Assembly (NCBI GenBank): GCA_965222605.1
Contig: OZ244960.1
Coordinates: 5,504,001-5,568,000, forward strand
From: Candidatus Latescibacterota bacterium
GTDB lineage: Bacteria > Latescibacterota > UBA2968
DNA: 64,000 nucleotides
Direction: 5' to 3'
How positions within the stretch are numbered: the stretch's first letter is position 1; the number at the start of each line of letters is the position of its first letter. Under the pieces are notes generated by a model, which saw only the letters and a program-made list of their open reading frames with translations, was not told where the DNA came from and made no database searches. Below, piece by piece: positions 29,987 to 40,227 of the stretch. Made by a program: the position numbers and the translations under genes.

Positions 29987-32665
29987 TTACTTTTTTGTGG
30001 CGTTCCTTTCAGTATCTACTGTAGCGCCTGTTACAAACAATAAGGCATCTTTGGAAAGCTTCTTACCTCCCACGTACATCCCCCATCGAAAGGCACTACG
30101 ACCACTGGGTCTTTCCCAGTCGTGGCGTCCTGCAAATTCCCCATTGATGTAGCATTCAGATGTATGGCCGTTGTCGCGAATGCGGACATCAAAAGACTTG
30201 CCTTCCATGTTCTTTAATACAGTCTCAGGGGTCGCTCTGCGTGGCTGGTATATGACGTCACCATCAGCGGTCATAACCAACTGTATAGACCAGTCTTCGC
30301 CATTGTTTTTCACCTGAAAGATGGCACATCCTTGCGCTTTCACAATCGTGTAGGTGCCAATCCATTCATGCCAGGTACCACGGTTCCACCTCTTTTTGCT
30401 AAACGCCTCGATCCGAGCCGCATTGGCACGTGCATTGCGCACATTGTGCTCACCATCAAAAAGGCGAAACACCTGTGTGTTTTCGTCCTCCTGATACCAT
30501 CGCGACCATTTGTGAAAATCACGTCGAGGAATCAAACTGTTGCCCAGTGTGTGAATGTTGATTTCACTTTCTATGGAGCGAAAGGCATGAGGTCCCTTTT
30601 CTACCACCTCGTTATTGACGTCAATTATTGAACCTGTTATTCCCGCATATGAGTTCGTACCGATCGGAATCTGTTTCTCTTCGAGAATGGACGACCAGGA
30701 AGGATCACTGTCGTGCCTGGTGTAAAGGAACCGATCAGGATTGTCTTCTGCCTGTTTTGTAAAATCCAGGACCTTCTTTCGCGTCCCTTTGCTGATGGTG
30801 ACAACCCCGCTGTTCCACTCAGCATTGAGAAAGGGGCTTTCAAAGACTTTCTTTGGAGCGTAGTCAACCGGCTTGCCATTGATTGAGGGGACCGCTTTGG
30901 CGCTGGTATCAAAGGTCAACTGATCGCCATAGATGGTTTTGTAGTGCAGCACCGTCCCATCCATATGAACTTTACAGACCTTCACCTTTTTATTGAAAGC
31001 GTCGAAACTCGTGACATCGCTCTTGGCCATGACTTCAATGATCACTGGTGCGTATTCATCATTGGGGATCATGGTCGCGTTTTCGGGAACAAAGCGATCC
31101 GTTTCAAACTCGCCATCCATCCACTTGAAACCGCCTGTGGCCACGCGGACCGCCGCATAAGCGCCTTTGGCCTCCACATAGACCACGCCATTCTCTTCCA
31201 CTGGCGTGCTCAACCCGCTCTTCGACATCCAGATGATCATCTCGGCACCGTCCTTATGGTGCTTAAGCTTCTGGGTAATCAAGCTTCCCTTGCTCTGCAC
31301 AGACCACTGTGCGTTCATGGCCACCCGGTTGTCTTTGGGGCGAACGATGGGAACAATACGCGCATCGTGTTCGCCGGCAAAGATCACGCCTTGCCAGCGG
31401 TTTTGCGCACTGATCGCAGCCCAATCCTCCAGGGGCCTCGCTTCCGTCATCGGCGTTCCCATGATGAAGGCGGGATCACAGTAGCTGTAGCGCAGAATAC
31501 CACCCCCGTCGGTTCGCATCCTGGTCGGCACTTTTGTAGCAGCAATCTTCAAAGGGCGCCCCGTTTTTCCCAGACCCTGGGGACGTTGCCGCACCTCGTA
31601 TCGTCCTCGTCCTGCCACGTCGATTGCGATATCGGCCACCACGGCTGGTGGTCGGTAGTCGCTGAGAGCTGCGTTCATGTCATGACCATAAACAGCAGGT
31701 TGCTTGCCGATGCCAAAGTAGAACCAAGCCAGCGGCGCATTGCCATGCTCCCGGTTTTGCTTAAGCCCTTTCCAGAAATAGATGCGCGACCGTCCACCAC
31801 CTTGAACGCCGTCAATCTGTTCCTGCGCCCAATAGGCAAAATAAAGATCGAGCAACAGCCCGGCCGACCGTCTCACCTGCGGGTCACCAAAGTCGTAGAA
31901 ATTGTAGAACCTCTTGATCAGTGTGCTGTTATAGTCGTCGCACATCATCTCGATGCACAGGCTTTTGCGCGCACGTTCACGGCAGTAAACCACAAAATAC
32001 GCATTCCAGGCCCGATAATGTTCCGCCGCCGTAGCGCCGTCATCATACTTGAGATCCTTGTATTCGGGCCGATCCTTCGCGATCTTGGCAAACTGCCAGC
32101 ATACCGTAAAACTCATGGCGTGATGATTCTCTGATAGGTAGATGTGCCAGGTTTTAGATTTCTCGTATTCCGCCTTATCAAGTCTGGAAACCTTCCTGAC
32201 GTACTCCCATATCGGCTTGAGAGCGAGGGTTTCGGTCTTTTTGTTGATGCGATTATTATCATCGGTGCCGTACATCTCAATCAGCCGCATGACGATCTCC
32301 GCATGCCAGTGAAAACTGTCGCGGTCATTGATGTCCAGGGGGTTGTCGAGATAATGCTGGGCATTTTCGGCAAGTGCGGCATTGGCTTCTTCCAGCATCT
32401 CGTTCAGGTAGAGGCAACGTGCGGCAAATCCCACCATGGAATAGGAATAGGCCCGCACATAATTCCCTCGCCCGGGATCGAGGGGCTTCTGTTTCTTTGC
32501 CCGCACCAACGGCTTGCCGAATTCAGCGCGAAACATCGCATCCACTCGTTGTTCAAAGCCAGCCACGACCGCTTCGGGGGTTAAATTTTTCTTCACTGAT
32601 TCCGCTCCTTGTGTCTGCCCAGTTATAAGTATAACGACCAGCATTATGCGGTTGATGACTCGCAT
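29987..32665 (-). CDS. secreted two-module protein: uncharacterised lyase-like module plus C-terminal PL7-like jelly-roll domain
   Basis: Signal peptide; SENHH and RWQG motifs shared with 33030-35129; C-terminal RIE..IFQVK..FRWGMY. Confidence 0.6.
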   Translation of the reverse strand: MRVINRIMLVVILITGQTQGAESVKKNLTPEAVVAGFEQRVDAMFRAEFGKPLVRAKKQKPLDPGRGNYVRAYSYSMVGFAARCLYLNEMLEEANAALAENAQHYLDNPLDINDRDSFHWHAEIVMRLIEMYGTDDNNRINKKTETLALKPIWEYVRKVSRLDKAEYEKSKTWHIYLSENHHAMSFTVCWQFAKIAKDRPEYKDLKYDDGATAAEHYRAWNAYFVVYCRERARKSLCIEMMCDDYNSTLIKRFYNFYDFGDPQVRRSAGLLLDLYFAYWAQEQIDGVQGGGRSRIYFWKGLKQNREHGNAPLAWFYFGIGKQPAVYGHDMNAALSDYRPPAVVADIAIDVAGRGRYEVRQRPQGLGKTGRPLKIAATKVPTRMRTDGGGILRYSYCDPAFIMGTPMTEARPLEDWAAISAQNRWQGVIFAGEHDARIVPIVRPKDNRVAMNAQWSVQSKGSLITQKLKHHKDGAEMIIWMSKSGLSTPVEENGVVYVEAKGAYAAVRVATGGFKWMDGEFETDRFVPENATMIPNDEYAPVIIEVMAKSDVTSFDAFNKKVKVCKVHMDGTVLHYKTIYGDQLTFDTSAKAVPSINGKPVDYAPKKVFESPFLNAEWNSGVVTISKGTRKKVLDFTKQAEDNPDRFLYTRHDSDPSWSSILEEKQIPIGTNSYAGITGSIIDVNNEVVEKGPHAFRSIESEINIHTLGNSLIPRRDFHKWSRWYQEDENTQVFRLFDGEHNVRNARANAARIEAFSKKRWNRGTWHEWIGTYTIVKAQGCAIFQVKNNGEDWSIQLVMTADGDVIYQPRRATPETVLKNMEGKSFDVRIRDNGHTSECYINGEFAGRHDWERPSGRSAFRWGMYVGGKKLSKDALLFVTGATVDTERNATKK

Positions 32666-32680
32666 TATAAAAACACTCTG

Positions 32681-32995
32681 TTAATCCTGGTGAAAAACTT
32701 CCTGTAGCGGTATGCAGACCGGCGAGTTGTCGGGGTTGGTATCCATGATATCGGCCATGTAGGCCCACCACTTCTTGACGATTGCGGTCTCCGGCAACTC
32801 ATCTGCAGTATTGTCGTCGGCCAGCTTCTGCACGGCAAAGAGTGTCAGCGTCTCCTCATCGAGAAAAATTGAATAGTCCGAGACGCCAGCTTTGCCCAAT
32901 TCTTCAGCCAGCTCCGGCCAAATTTCGTCGTGGCGCTTTTTGTACTCGGCCTCGTAACCGGGCTTCAACTGCATCTTGAAAGCATTGCGTTGCAT
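32681..32995 (-). CDS. rhaM: L-rhamnose mutarotase
   Basis: EYKKRHDEIWPEL, YSIFLD, KKWWAYMADIM, EVFH. Confidence 0.95.
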   Translation of the reverse strand: MQRNAFKMQLKPGYEAEYKKRHDEIWPELAEELGKAGVSDYSIFLDEETLTLFAVQKLADDNTADELPETAIVKKWWAYMADIMDTNPDNSPVCIPLQEVFHQD

Positions 32996-33029
32996 GATAT
33001 TTTGCTCCTAACTTCGAGGATGAAGGGTT

Positions 33030-35129
33030 TTAGCATTCGTCCCTTGAATTGTTGTTAAAGTCGAGGTTGAGTTTGTAATCACCTTTGCAAATTTCAATCT
33101 GGCCGCTATCATAATTGGATTGGATATAAGGGCTGTCGAAAACTTTCGGGTGCTCATAATCGACATACTCGCCACCAATTGTAGGCACATCGCTTGTATT
33201 GGCCGCATTAAATACCATTTCTGCCATTTCGGGTGCTGCACTCTTGTAAACAACAACAATGCCTGTTTCTCTTGTTACCACGGTTCTATAGAGTGTGAGT
33301 TCGCCCTGCAAAATCATACGCTTAAAACTTTCCAACGTTGGGTGATCTGCCTTGCGACCTGCTTCTATCAGAATGGGACTATATCTGTTGGTCAGTTGCA
33401 AAATAGTCCGATCGTTATTGAATCTATAACTGTCGTTTCTAAGAACCACATTGCCCCGGTAGCTGTCGGTCCCTTTTGCCCAGGCTTTGGCATCGGCCTC
33501 TGCTTCCAAAAGAATAATCCGTATTGCCACATAGACATTTTTCTTCTCTGCAAATATCCATCCATCTGTTTCATCAATACGATCCCATCCGTTGCTTAAG
33601 AATAACCCGAATTCCCGATCATACCGATTGTCATTGGCTGGATACCAGTCTGGATTGGATTGTGCCCAACGTCTTCTTTGTTGGGTGATCAGCACTTGCT
33701 TATGCTGGACGCTGTGATACACCAATTCCATATCGTAGCCATTTTCACCTTCGCGTTCTCCTTCTGGCGTATCCAGTGCAATGGTTGCCAGACGGGTGTT
33801 GGGATCTTTGGTCACCAGACCTTGCCAGCGTCCGGCGGTTGATAGGTGGTTGTAAAGCGCATAAGGGTGATCCATCTGAGTACCCAGCATATAATCTGGC
33901 GTTACCCAGGTGTATTTGACAAACCGCGATGGCGTATCTCCCATCACGGTGCGCTCCGTGCCCAGTGGACGAGGGCTGGCAGGTTCTTCTTCTCCAATGC
34001 CCCGAGAGAGATATGCAAATGACCCGAGACCTTTTCGATCCAGAGCCAATTCCCATACGATTCTTGGCCAGGCATAGTCGCTTAAGAGTTGTTGCGGATA
34101 GTTGAACGAGGTTTTGCCCTCACCACCCAGATAGAAAATGGCAAGATCTGACATAGAATCGTACCCACCAGCAGTCTTGTGGTGGCGTGTTTTGGGACCA
34201 CCTCGTAAACCTGCAATTTGTAGCTGTGCCCAATCGGCCCACATCAGATCTAAAAACATGCCAATTTTCTTTTTAAGCCCCTCATTACCACAGAAATTGT
34301 AGAGCAGAAGAATATAACTGATGGTGTACTTCATATAGGTTGGCGAACCATTTTCAAGAAAGAAGCCCCGCTTTGCACGCTCAGTGAAATAGTCATTGAG
34401 ATAGGGCAACCAGGCATTGTAATGATCGGCTGCGTTATAAGATTTTCCATCCGCCCAATTTGCGCGCCCACCACCGTGTCGATCACTGCTGCCCTGCCCA
34501 CAATAGCCCGACTCGCCGTATCCGATGCCATCTCCATAACCGAGGTCAGGATAAATGTGGTCAACATACTCGGGTTCATTGGCAAAAATACGCGCACTTA
34601 AAAGATTACAGGCTTTTGTATTCAGATCATGATTCTCACTACCCGCGATCCACCATGTGCTCTTTTTTGCGACAGAAATATCATTTTTGTACCTGGTTCG
34701 CGCCCATAATAAAGCCAGCAAAGTTTGCTCTGTTTCAGGCGTGAGTCGATTTGGCATCTGTGTACTTTTAGACCCAAACCAATTGTAGAATGTAATCAGC
34801 CTTGGATTACGCCACAGGCTGTAGAGACTCTGCCCGGGTTGTATGCCTTTCTCCTCACATTCTGCGAGATTTGCCAGTTCGGTTTGAAAATCTATCGTCA
34901 ATTCTTTGTTGGCTTCGTTTAGATTTTGGTTGAGCCACATCTGATCAAATAGCTGGCGGTCTTTGCCCGAGAAATCTGATTTTGCACCTGCTTCAAAGGC
35001 TTGTTGAATACGTTGTGGGCGCGTTTCCAATTCTTCTGCCATTAATTCGGTGATACGCTTGGCGACGGGTGAATCACCAAATTCCAGAAGGGATCGAAAC
35101 CAACTGTTTTTGGCATCTGCTTCGGGCAT
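33030..35129 (-). CDS. uncharacterised protein, paralogue of the N-terminal module of 29987-32665
   Basis: SENHD, GGPKTR, YMLGTQM, RWQG, FDSPYI; start MPEADA after RBS. Confidence 0.7.
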   Translation of the reverse strand: MPEADAKNSWFRSLLEFGDSPVAKRITELMAEELETRPQRIQQAFEAGAKSDFSGKDRQLFDQMWLNQNLNEANKELTIDFQTELANLAECEEKGIQPGQSLYSLWRNPRLITFYNWFGSKSTQMPNRLTPETEQTLLALLWARTRYKNDISVAKKSTWWIAGSENHDLNTKACNLLSARIFANEPEYVDHIYPDLGYGDGIGYGESGYCGQGSSDRHGGGRANWADGKSYNAADHYNAWLPYLNDYFTERAKRGFFLENGSPTYMKYTISYILLLYNFCGNEGLKKKIGMFLDLMWADWAQLQIAGLRGGPKTRHHKTAGGYDSMSDLAIFYLGGEGKTSFNYPQQLLSDYAWPRIVWELALDRKGLGSFAYLSRGIGEEEPASPRPLGTERTVMGDTPSRFVKYTWVTPDYMLGTQMDHPYALYNHLSTAGRWQGLVTKDPNTRLATIALDTPEGEREGENGYDMELVYHSVQHKQVLITQQRRRWAQSNPDWYPANDNRYDREFGLFLSNGWDRIDETDGWIFAEKKNVYVAIRIILLEAEADAKAWAKGTDSYRGNVVLRNDSYRFNNDRTILQLTNRYSPILIEAGRKADHPTLESFKRMILQGELTLYRTVVTRETGIVVVYKSAAPEMAEMVFNAANTSDVPTIGGEYVDYEHPKVFDSPYIQSNYDSGQIEICKGDYKLNLDFNNNSRDEC

Positions 35130-35130
35130 A

Positions 35131-37068
35131 CTATCTCTCCTCTTCCATTTCCAGTTGCAAATAATCGTAAATAACGCCAAAGTGAGGATAGTTCTGTCGT
35201 TGCCCGCGATGTTGTTTCAGTGGGAGGAGATCGAGCGTCAACACATTCTCCCCTGTACGCAACAGCGACGCATCAAACGCAATAAAGTGCTCACTGAAGC
35301 GCCCGTAGATGCCACTACGAGGAAGCGCACTGTCGTTCTCCAAACCGGTAATCTTATCCAAAGATTTGCCATTGAGGCCGATAGCGATTCCCCCATCGCG
35401 ATTCACCGACGCCAGAGCGATTGCGAGGGTCGCACGCCCGGACATTGGCTTATCATCGTATTGAAATCGAACCCTCCAGGTAGGCAGTCGCCAGTTGCCC
35501 TCTCCAGTCCGATCAGCAGGCTGTATGCGGGGTTGCCATCCACCTTTCTCTTCCCAAATTGCCATATGTGCATAATTCCAGTCGCTTCTCTCTTTACTCT
35601 TGCCGATCGCGAAATCGACGTCCTCGGGAAAATCCTTCTGGTAATTGAACCATAGCCCCCAGTGACGATGGTCATCTCCGTGTCGAAATTCAGCAGCAGT
35701 TCGGTCTGGTTTCCCGACACGCCAGAGCAACTTGCCGAAAGAACGGGGTGACCACTGCAGACTGCCGAGTTTGACTTCGCCGGTTGCGTTGATTAAGACG
35801 TCATCTTTTCTAAACTCACCAATCATGTCAGGTGCAAACGCATAAAGCGTATACCTTCCTTTTCGAACAGCCGGTATTGCAAAGGAACCATCATCCGCCA
35901 TCCTGGCACGGTAGATGTAGTTCTCTGCGCCTTGCTGCTGCCAGTCCAGCCCTCGATATTCTTGGGGCCGCGCCAGAACGACCCATCCATTGCTGTGGTG
36001 TGTTAGACCCGTATCTTTGAATCTTCCCGTAACCACAGCCCTGTTAATCGGGTACTCCGGATGTTCCAGCCAACTGTAGGGCCAGCGCTTTCGATGTTTT
36101 TCACCCTCACGCTTTGCATCATACCACAAATGCTGGGCATCTTCACCTTTGTTCATATAAACAAAAACTGGCCCAAAGATCTTCTCCCATTTACCGCTGA
36201 CGTAATCTCCTCTGCTGCCGTAGTGGTGAGAATAAAGCAGCTTCAGGATGATCGGCCCCCGATCAGTCGCGTGGCTGGTATTATGTTGCTTTGTCGGACC
36301 GCCGCAGAGGTATTCATTGCTCGGTGTGACCATCCACACGCCCTGCTTTCCATTGTGCAAACCGTGTACAAGAGCCTCCTCAGTTGGAGATGACCAGTTA
36401 TACTTTGTATCCACCTCTCCTGATTGAAGCGCATGTGTGGCATCCATCACCATGCCCTTTGCGCTGGATATTGCCTTGCTATCCGGAATCACGCCAGAGA
36501 GCTTTTCATTGACCCTGATATTCACCATCGAATCATTTAAGCGCATCCCAAAACGAAGTTGTGTCAGCACGGCGTCGCCCGTATCCTCGGGTTTGCTGGC
36601 CACAACATAATAATAGAACCCCGAATCACCCGCTCTCAAGACATAATGGAGCTCCATCTTGAACGGGAAACCTTCAGGTTGTTTGGGGGTGAATGAAATG
36701 TCGACCATTTCCGGGTTATTGACGTGGACGTTAAACTCAGGGCTTTGGTCGCGCAAAAATTTCGCCCTTACACTCGACTCTTTGCCCGCCATATAGTTTG
36801 TATCCGAATCATCGACATAACTGGCCAGGATGGTGAAATATCCAAACTGCTTGGGAGCCAGGAGAGAGTCTCCCTGATGCTCCAGCGAGATAATCCGTCC
36901 AGTAGACTTTTGGATCGTCATCGAGACGGAACTGTTCTCAAGGATGATTCTATTGCCAGATTCAACAAGCATCGAAACCTCGGCGAAAATCGGCGTGCTT
37001 ATCATACACTGGATGGATACGAGCAGACTACACGCCGTGAATCTGCCAAACCCAATCTTTTTGAACAT
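35131..37068 (-). CDS. rhamnogalacturonan lyase (PL4 family)
   Basis: HYVLRAGDSGFY, DTKYNWS, SNEYLCGGPTKQ, HHYG, DRTAAEF, IYDYLQLE. Confidence 0.88.
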   Translation of the reverse strand: MFKKIGFGRFTACSLLVSIQCMISTPIFAEVSMLVESGNRIILENSSVSMTIQKSTGRIISLEHQGDSLLAPKQFGYFTILASYVDDSDTNYMAGKESSVRAKFLRDQSPEFNVHVNNPEMVDISFTPKQPEGFPFKMELHYVLRAGDSGFYYYVVASKPEDTGDAVLTQLRFGMRLNDSMVNIRVNEKLSGVIPDSKAISSAKGMVMDATHALQSGEVDTKYNWSSPTEEALVHGLHNGKQGVWMVTPSNEYLCGGPTKQHNTSHATDRGPIILKLLYSHHYGSRGDYVSGKWEKIFGPVFVYMNKGEDAQHLWYDAKREGEKHRKRWPYSWLEHPEYPINRAVVTGRFKDTGLTHHSNGWVVLARPQEYRGLDWQQQGAENYIYRARMADDGSFAIPAVRKGRYTLYAFAPDMIGEFRKDDVLINATGEVKLGSLQWSPRSFGKLLWRVGKPDRTAAEFRHGDDHRHWGLWFNYQKDFPEDVDFAIGKSKERSDWNYAHMAIWEEKGGWQPRIQPADRTGEGNWRLPTWRVRFQYDDKPMSGRATLAIALASVNRDGGIAIGLNGKSLDKITGLENDSALPRSGIYGRFSEHFIAFDASLLRTGENVLTLDLLPLKQHRGQRQNYPHFGVIYDYLQLEMEEER

Positions 37069-37169
37069 TTGTCATGGACAGCGTGAACCTGTGAAAACAG
37101 CCTCGCGGCCAAACGTCCTTCTGCCCGTCGTAGTGACGATAAGTAGCAAAATGAATGGATGGGCTCACG

Positions 37170-38096
37170 TTAGGTCGCAACAATTCTCTGATCGGACGCC
37201 CGAGTTTCGCTATCTTCATCCCCAAAAGCTGCGTTCTCTTCGTCGTAATACCTGTTGTATCGTATTTTATTCCCTCCGCTTACCCACACGGCGCGAAACA
37301 GCGTTTGCCGTTTTGGCGGCATTGTAGCAATCACTTCTTTGGGTACGCTGCGACCTCCCCATCTGCTGTTTACAGCATTGTAGAGGTGAAACAAGCTCAA
37401 CCGTTGGCGATTCTTGTTTGTCCACAGAGTACCGGTATGGCATAAAGCTTCTGTGAAGATCAGCGCAGAACCTGCAGGACACGTATATGTATCCCAAATT
37501 TCGCTCTCGCGGTTACTCAATGACTCAGGTCGTTGAAATGCTGCCTTGTGGCTACCGGAAGCCAGCATGGTGCCCCCGTCACCCGGCTTGATCTCATTTA
37601 ATTCCCAAACCACGCGTGTCAATCCTGAATGCACCTTACCCGGAAGCATCTGATAGATGTGTGAATTTCCAATAAGATTGAAATAGCCACTGCCCCCGTG
37701 AGGCTTGAATTGATCGTATCCCGCCTCGCGATAGTCAGTGCGTGTGCGCTCAAACGTAAAGCCATAACACTCCTCGGTTGCCAACTGCAGACTTGAAACA
37801 AGCTCATTTAAAATTCCGACAATCACGGGATGATCCAGCAGCACTTGAGAAGGCCCTCCCACCGGATTTCGTTCTTCCGGCGGAAGCGACTCAGGCTCTT
37901 TAATGAGCTTCATCTGGTGTTCGTGAATCTCTGCCAACTGATCGCCCTCAATCAATCCCGGCAGACAAATCCAGCCCTTCATATCAAACAGGTACTTGTG
38001 CTCTTCGGTCATAGGAATGACCGGGAGTCCATCGGCGTTGGTGGTCGGTAACATTCCTCCCACATCAGACTCCAGATTTGGACGTCCTCGATTCAT
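37170..38096 (-). CDS. PhyH family dioxygenase (HGG variant)
   Basis: YLFDMKGW, PHGG, GSHKA, AGSALIFTEALCH. Confidence 0.85.
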   Translation of the reverse strand: MNRGRPNLESDVGGMLPTTNADGLPVIPMTEEHKYLFDMKGWICLPGLIEGDQLAEIHEHQMKLIKEPESLPPEERNPVGGPSQVLLDHPVIVGILNELVSSLQLATEECYGFTFERTRTDYREAGYDQFKPHGGSGYFNLIGNSHIYQMLPGKVHSGLTRVVWELNEIKPGDGGTMLASGSHKAAFQRPESLSNRESEIWDTYTCPAGSALIFTEALCHTGTLWTNKNRQRLSLFHLYNAVNSRWGGRSVPKEVIATMPPKRQTLFRAVWVSGGNKIRYNRYYDEENAAFGDEDSETRASDQRIVAT

Positions 38097-38151
38097 TGTG
38101 CCTAACTCCTTTCTGTCATTTCGGTTCTCCTGCAGGTTGTCGGGATAAGGC

Positions 38152-38180
38152 AGGTTAATACCTTAATCGCTTGCTGTCAA
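38152..38180 (-). promoter_or_regulatory. sigma70-like promoter at the head of the 38.1-21.5 kb minus-strand run
   Basis: TTGACA-N17-TAACCT on the minus strand. Confidence 0.55.
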
Positions 38181-38293
38181 TCTCTTGTTCAAAAACATGG
38201 TAGTGGACTCGTCAAAAGTCAGTTGGTAGTCAACGCCATCGAGCTTATCTTCAGTACGAAATGAGCCGTCTTCAGCCATTGAGGGGGTCGACT

Positions 38294-40116
38294 ATGGAAG
38301 CGGACACAGAAATCCGCAAACAGCACCAGCGTGATGCGATCCTTCGAGATCGTATGCGGAAGGCATTTGACATGGCGTACGACACGGACGCTGCGCTGAT
38401 CGTCCGCAGGAACCCGTTCTTCCCCCGTTTCAACGGCCACACCGTCGCCCAGCAATCCCTGGACTACGCCATCCTCCTGCTTATGTCCGACGACCGCACC
38501 TACGGGACGGACGATGCTGGTGAGGCCAACCGAATCATTCGCCGAATCCTGGACCATCAGGACTTACGACCGAAGTCCGACACCTTCGGCAATTTCTTCT
38601 GGATGACCCACTGGGATCGGGTCAAAGACAAGAACGCCGTCTCCTTCCTCACGATCGGCCTGGTCTTCACGTACGTCAACTTCCAGGACAAGCTGGAGGA
38701 TAACACGAAGGCTGCGCTCGAGCGCGCCTTTCCAAACGTGTTGCTCGGCATCCGTGGCCACAAAGTCCGATGGCAGTACACCAACATCTACTTTCTCAAC
38801 CTCGGCGGCCTGGTCGGTCTTGCCCGTGTGCTGGGCGATCCATCGATCCACGCCGAAGCGGTGGCCGACTTCAACACCTGGGTCGAAGGCACTTCGGAGG
38901 ATGGCTTCCACGAATTCAACAGCCCGACGTACACACCCGTCACGCTCTCAGGTATGAAGCGGCGTGGGCTTACACGTCAGATGGCGAGTTCAAAGACAGA
39001 CTGCGGCGCACCATGGATTTGATCACCTATCAGATGGCGCTCAACCTGATGCCCGGTGGGTTTCTGGCGGGTGCTGCCGCAAGGGCTTACCAGGGAGACG
39101 CGCTGAACGGTTCAATCGGGGCTGCTTCGTATGCCCACGTTAAATTCGGCACCCCTGCTCCGGCCGAGCCTGCGGCCCTGAAGTCGAGCCTGTTCGACTA
39201 CGTGCCGCCGGAACCTGTTCGGTCCCTGGCGAACGAGATGGCGGACGGGACCGAAATACACGATCGGGGAATCTCGCTGGGTAGTCGGCGAACCCACGTC
39301 ATTACGCAGGCTTACGGGCTGGCATCTCAGAGTTTACAATCTGTGGGCGGTCACTCGCCTCCGTCGTACATCCTGCTGGCCCGGAACAGCAAGGTCCCGC
39401 GACCCAGTATCCCGTTCCTTCCGGACGAATCCTTTACGCATCAGCCGTGCGCCACATTCCTGTCGCGTCAGAACGGCAGTCAGGTGATCGGCAGACTGTC
39501 CTACGATCTGCAAGAGGATCAACGAAGCAAGTTTCTGGACGATCCTACGTTCATTTGCGAACCTCGCGTTCTGTTCGGCCTGAGGGACCAGATCGAGTCC
39601 GTTCGCATCGGCAATGTGGATTGGGGTGGAAAACCTGTGAGCCTTTTGCCAGGGCAATCAGTGGCTGTTTCTTATGGAGACATCTACCTGGGTGTTGTCG
39701 TCCTGCTGCTAGACTGCGACGGTCAAGCGATTCGTAGCCGCGCGACGCTGGCCTATGGCGAAGACGGCGAACTGCGCCTGCGAGTCAGACTCCACGGAGG
39801 AGAGGACGTGCAGCAGGAAGATAACCCACTCGTCGCTCTGCTCTACGTCGAAGTTCAGGTTCCCGAGGAGAGTCATCCGCTTGAGACATTTGCCGACCGG
39901 TTGTCGGGCTGGCAGCTTTCCGATCGGAGCGACGGAGAGACGGTCTCCTTCTTGGCCGAGCACGAAGATGGCGCAACCATCGCCTATCCCTACACCGAGG
40001 CGGAGCCGGATCCGATAGGCGATGCTCTGCACCTATCGCCCGGGCTTGCGCTCCAGCCGGGAGACTTTGTCAAGCTGGTGAACGGGGAGAAGCCTTTGCT
40101 CTTCGACGATCGGTAG
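38294..40116 (+). pseudogene. large uncharacterised protein with a single-base frameshift near 38956
   Basis: EFNSPTYTPVTLSGM continues as EAAWAY in another frame (ggtatg[g]aagcg). Confidence 0.7.
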
Positions 40117-40227
40117 GACGAGGGAATCAGCGATATTACCCCATCAAAACTGGACAACAAAATCAATCACACGGCAACCGTCGGCAAGTCTCACCTCTGG
40201 AGCCACAAGAAGGTATCTCATTTGCGC

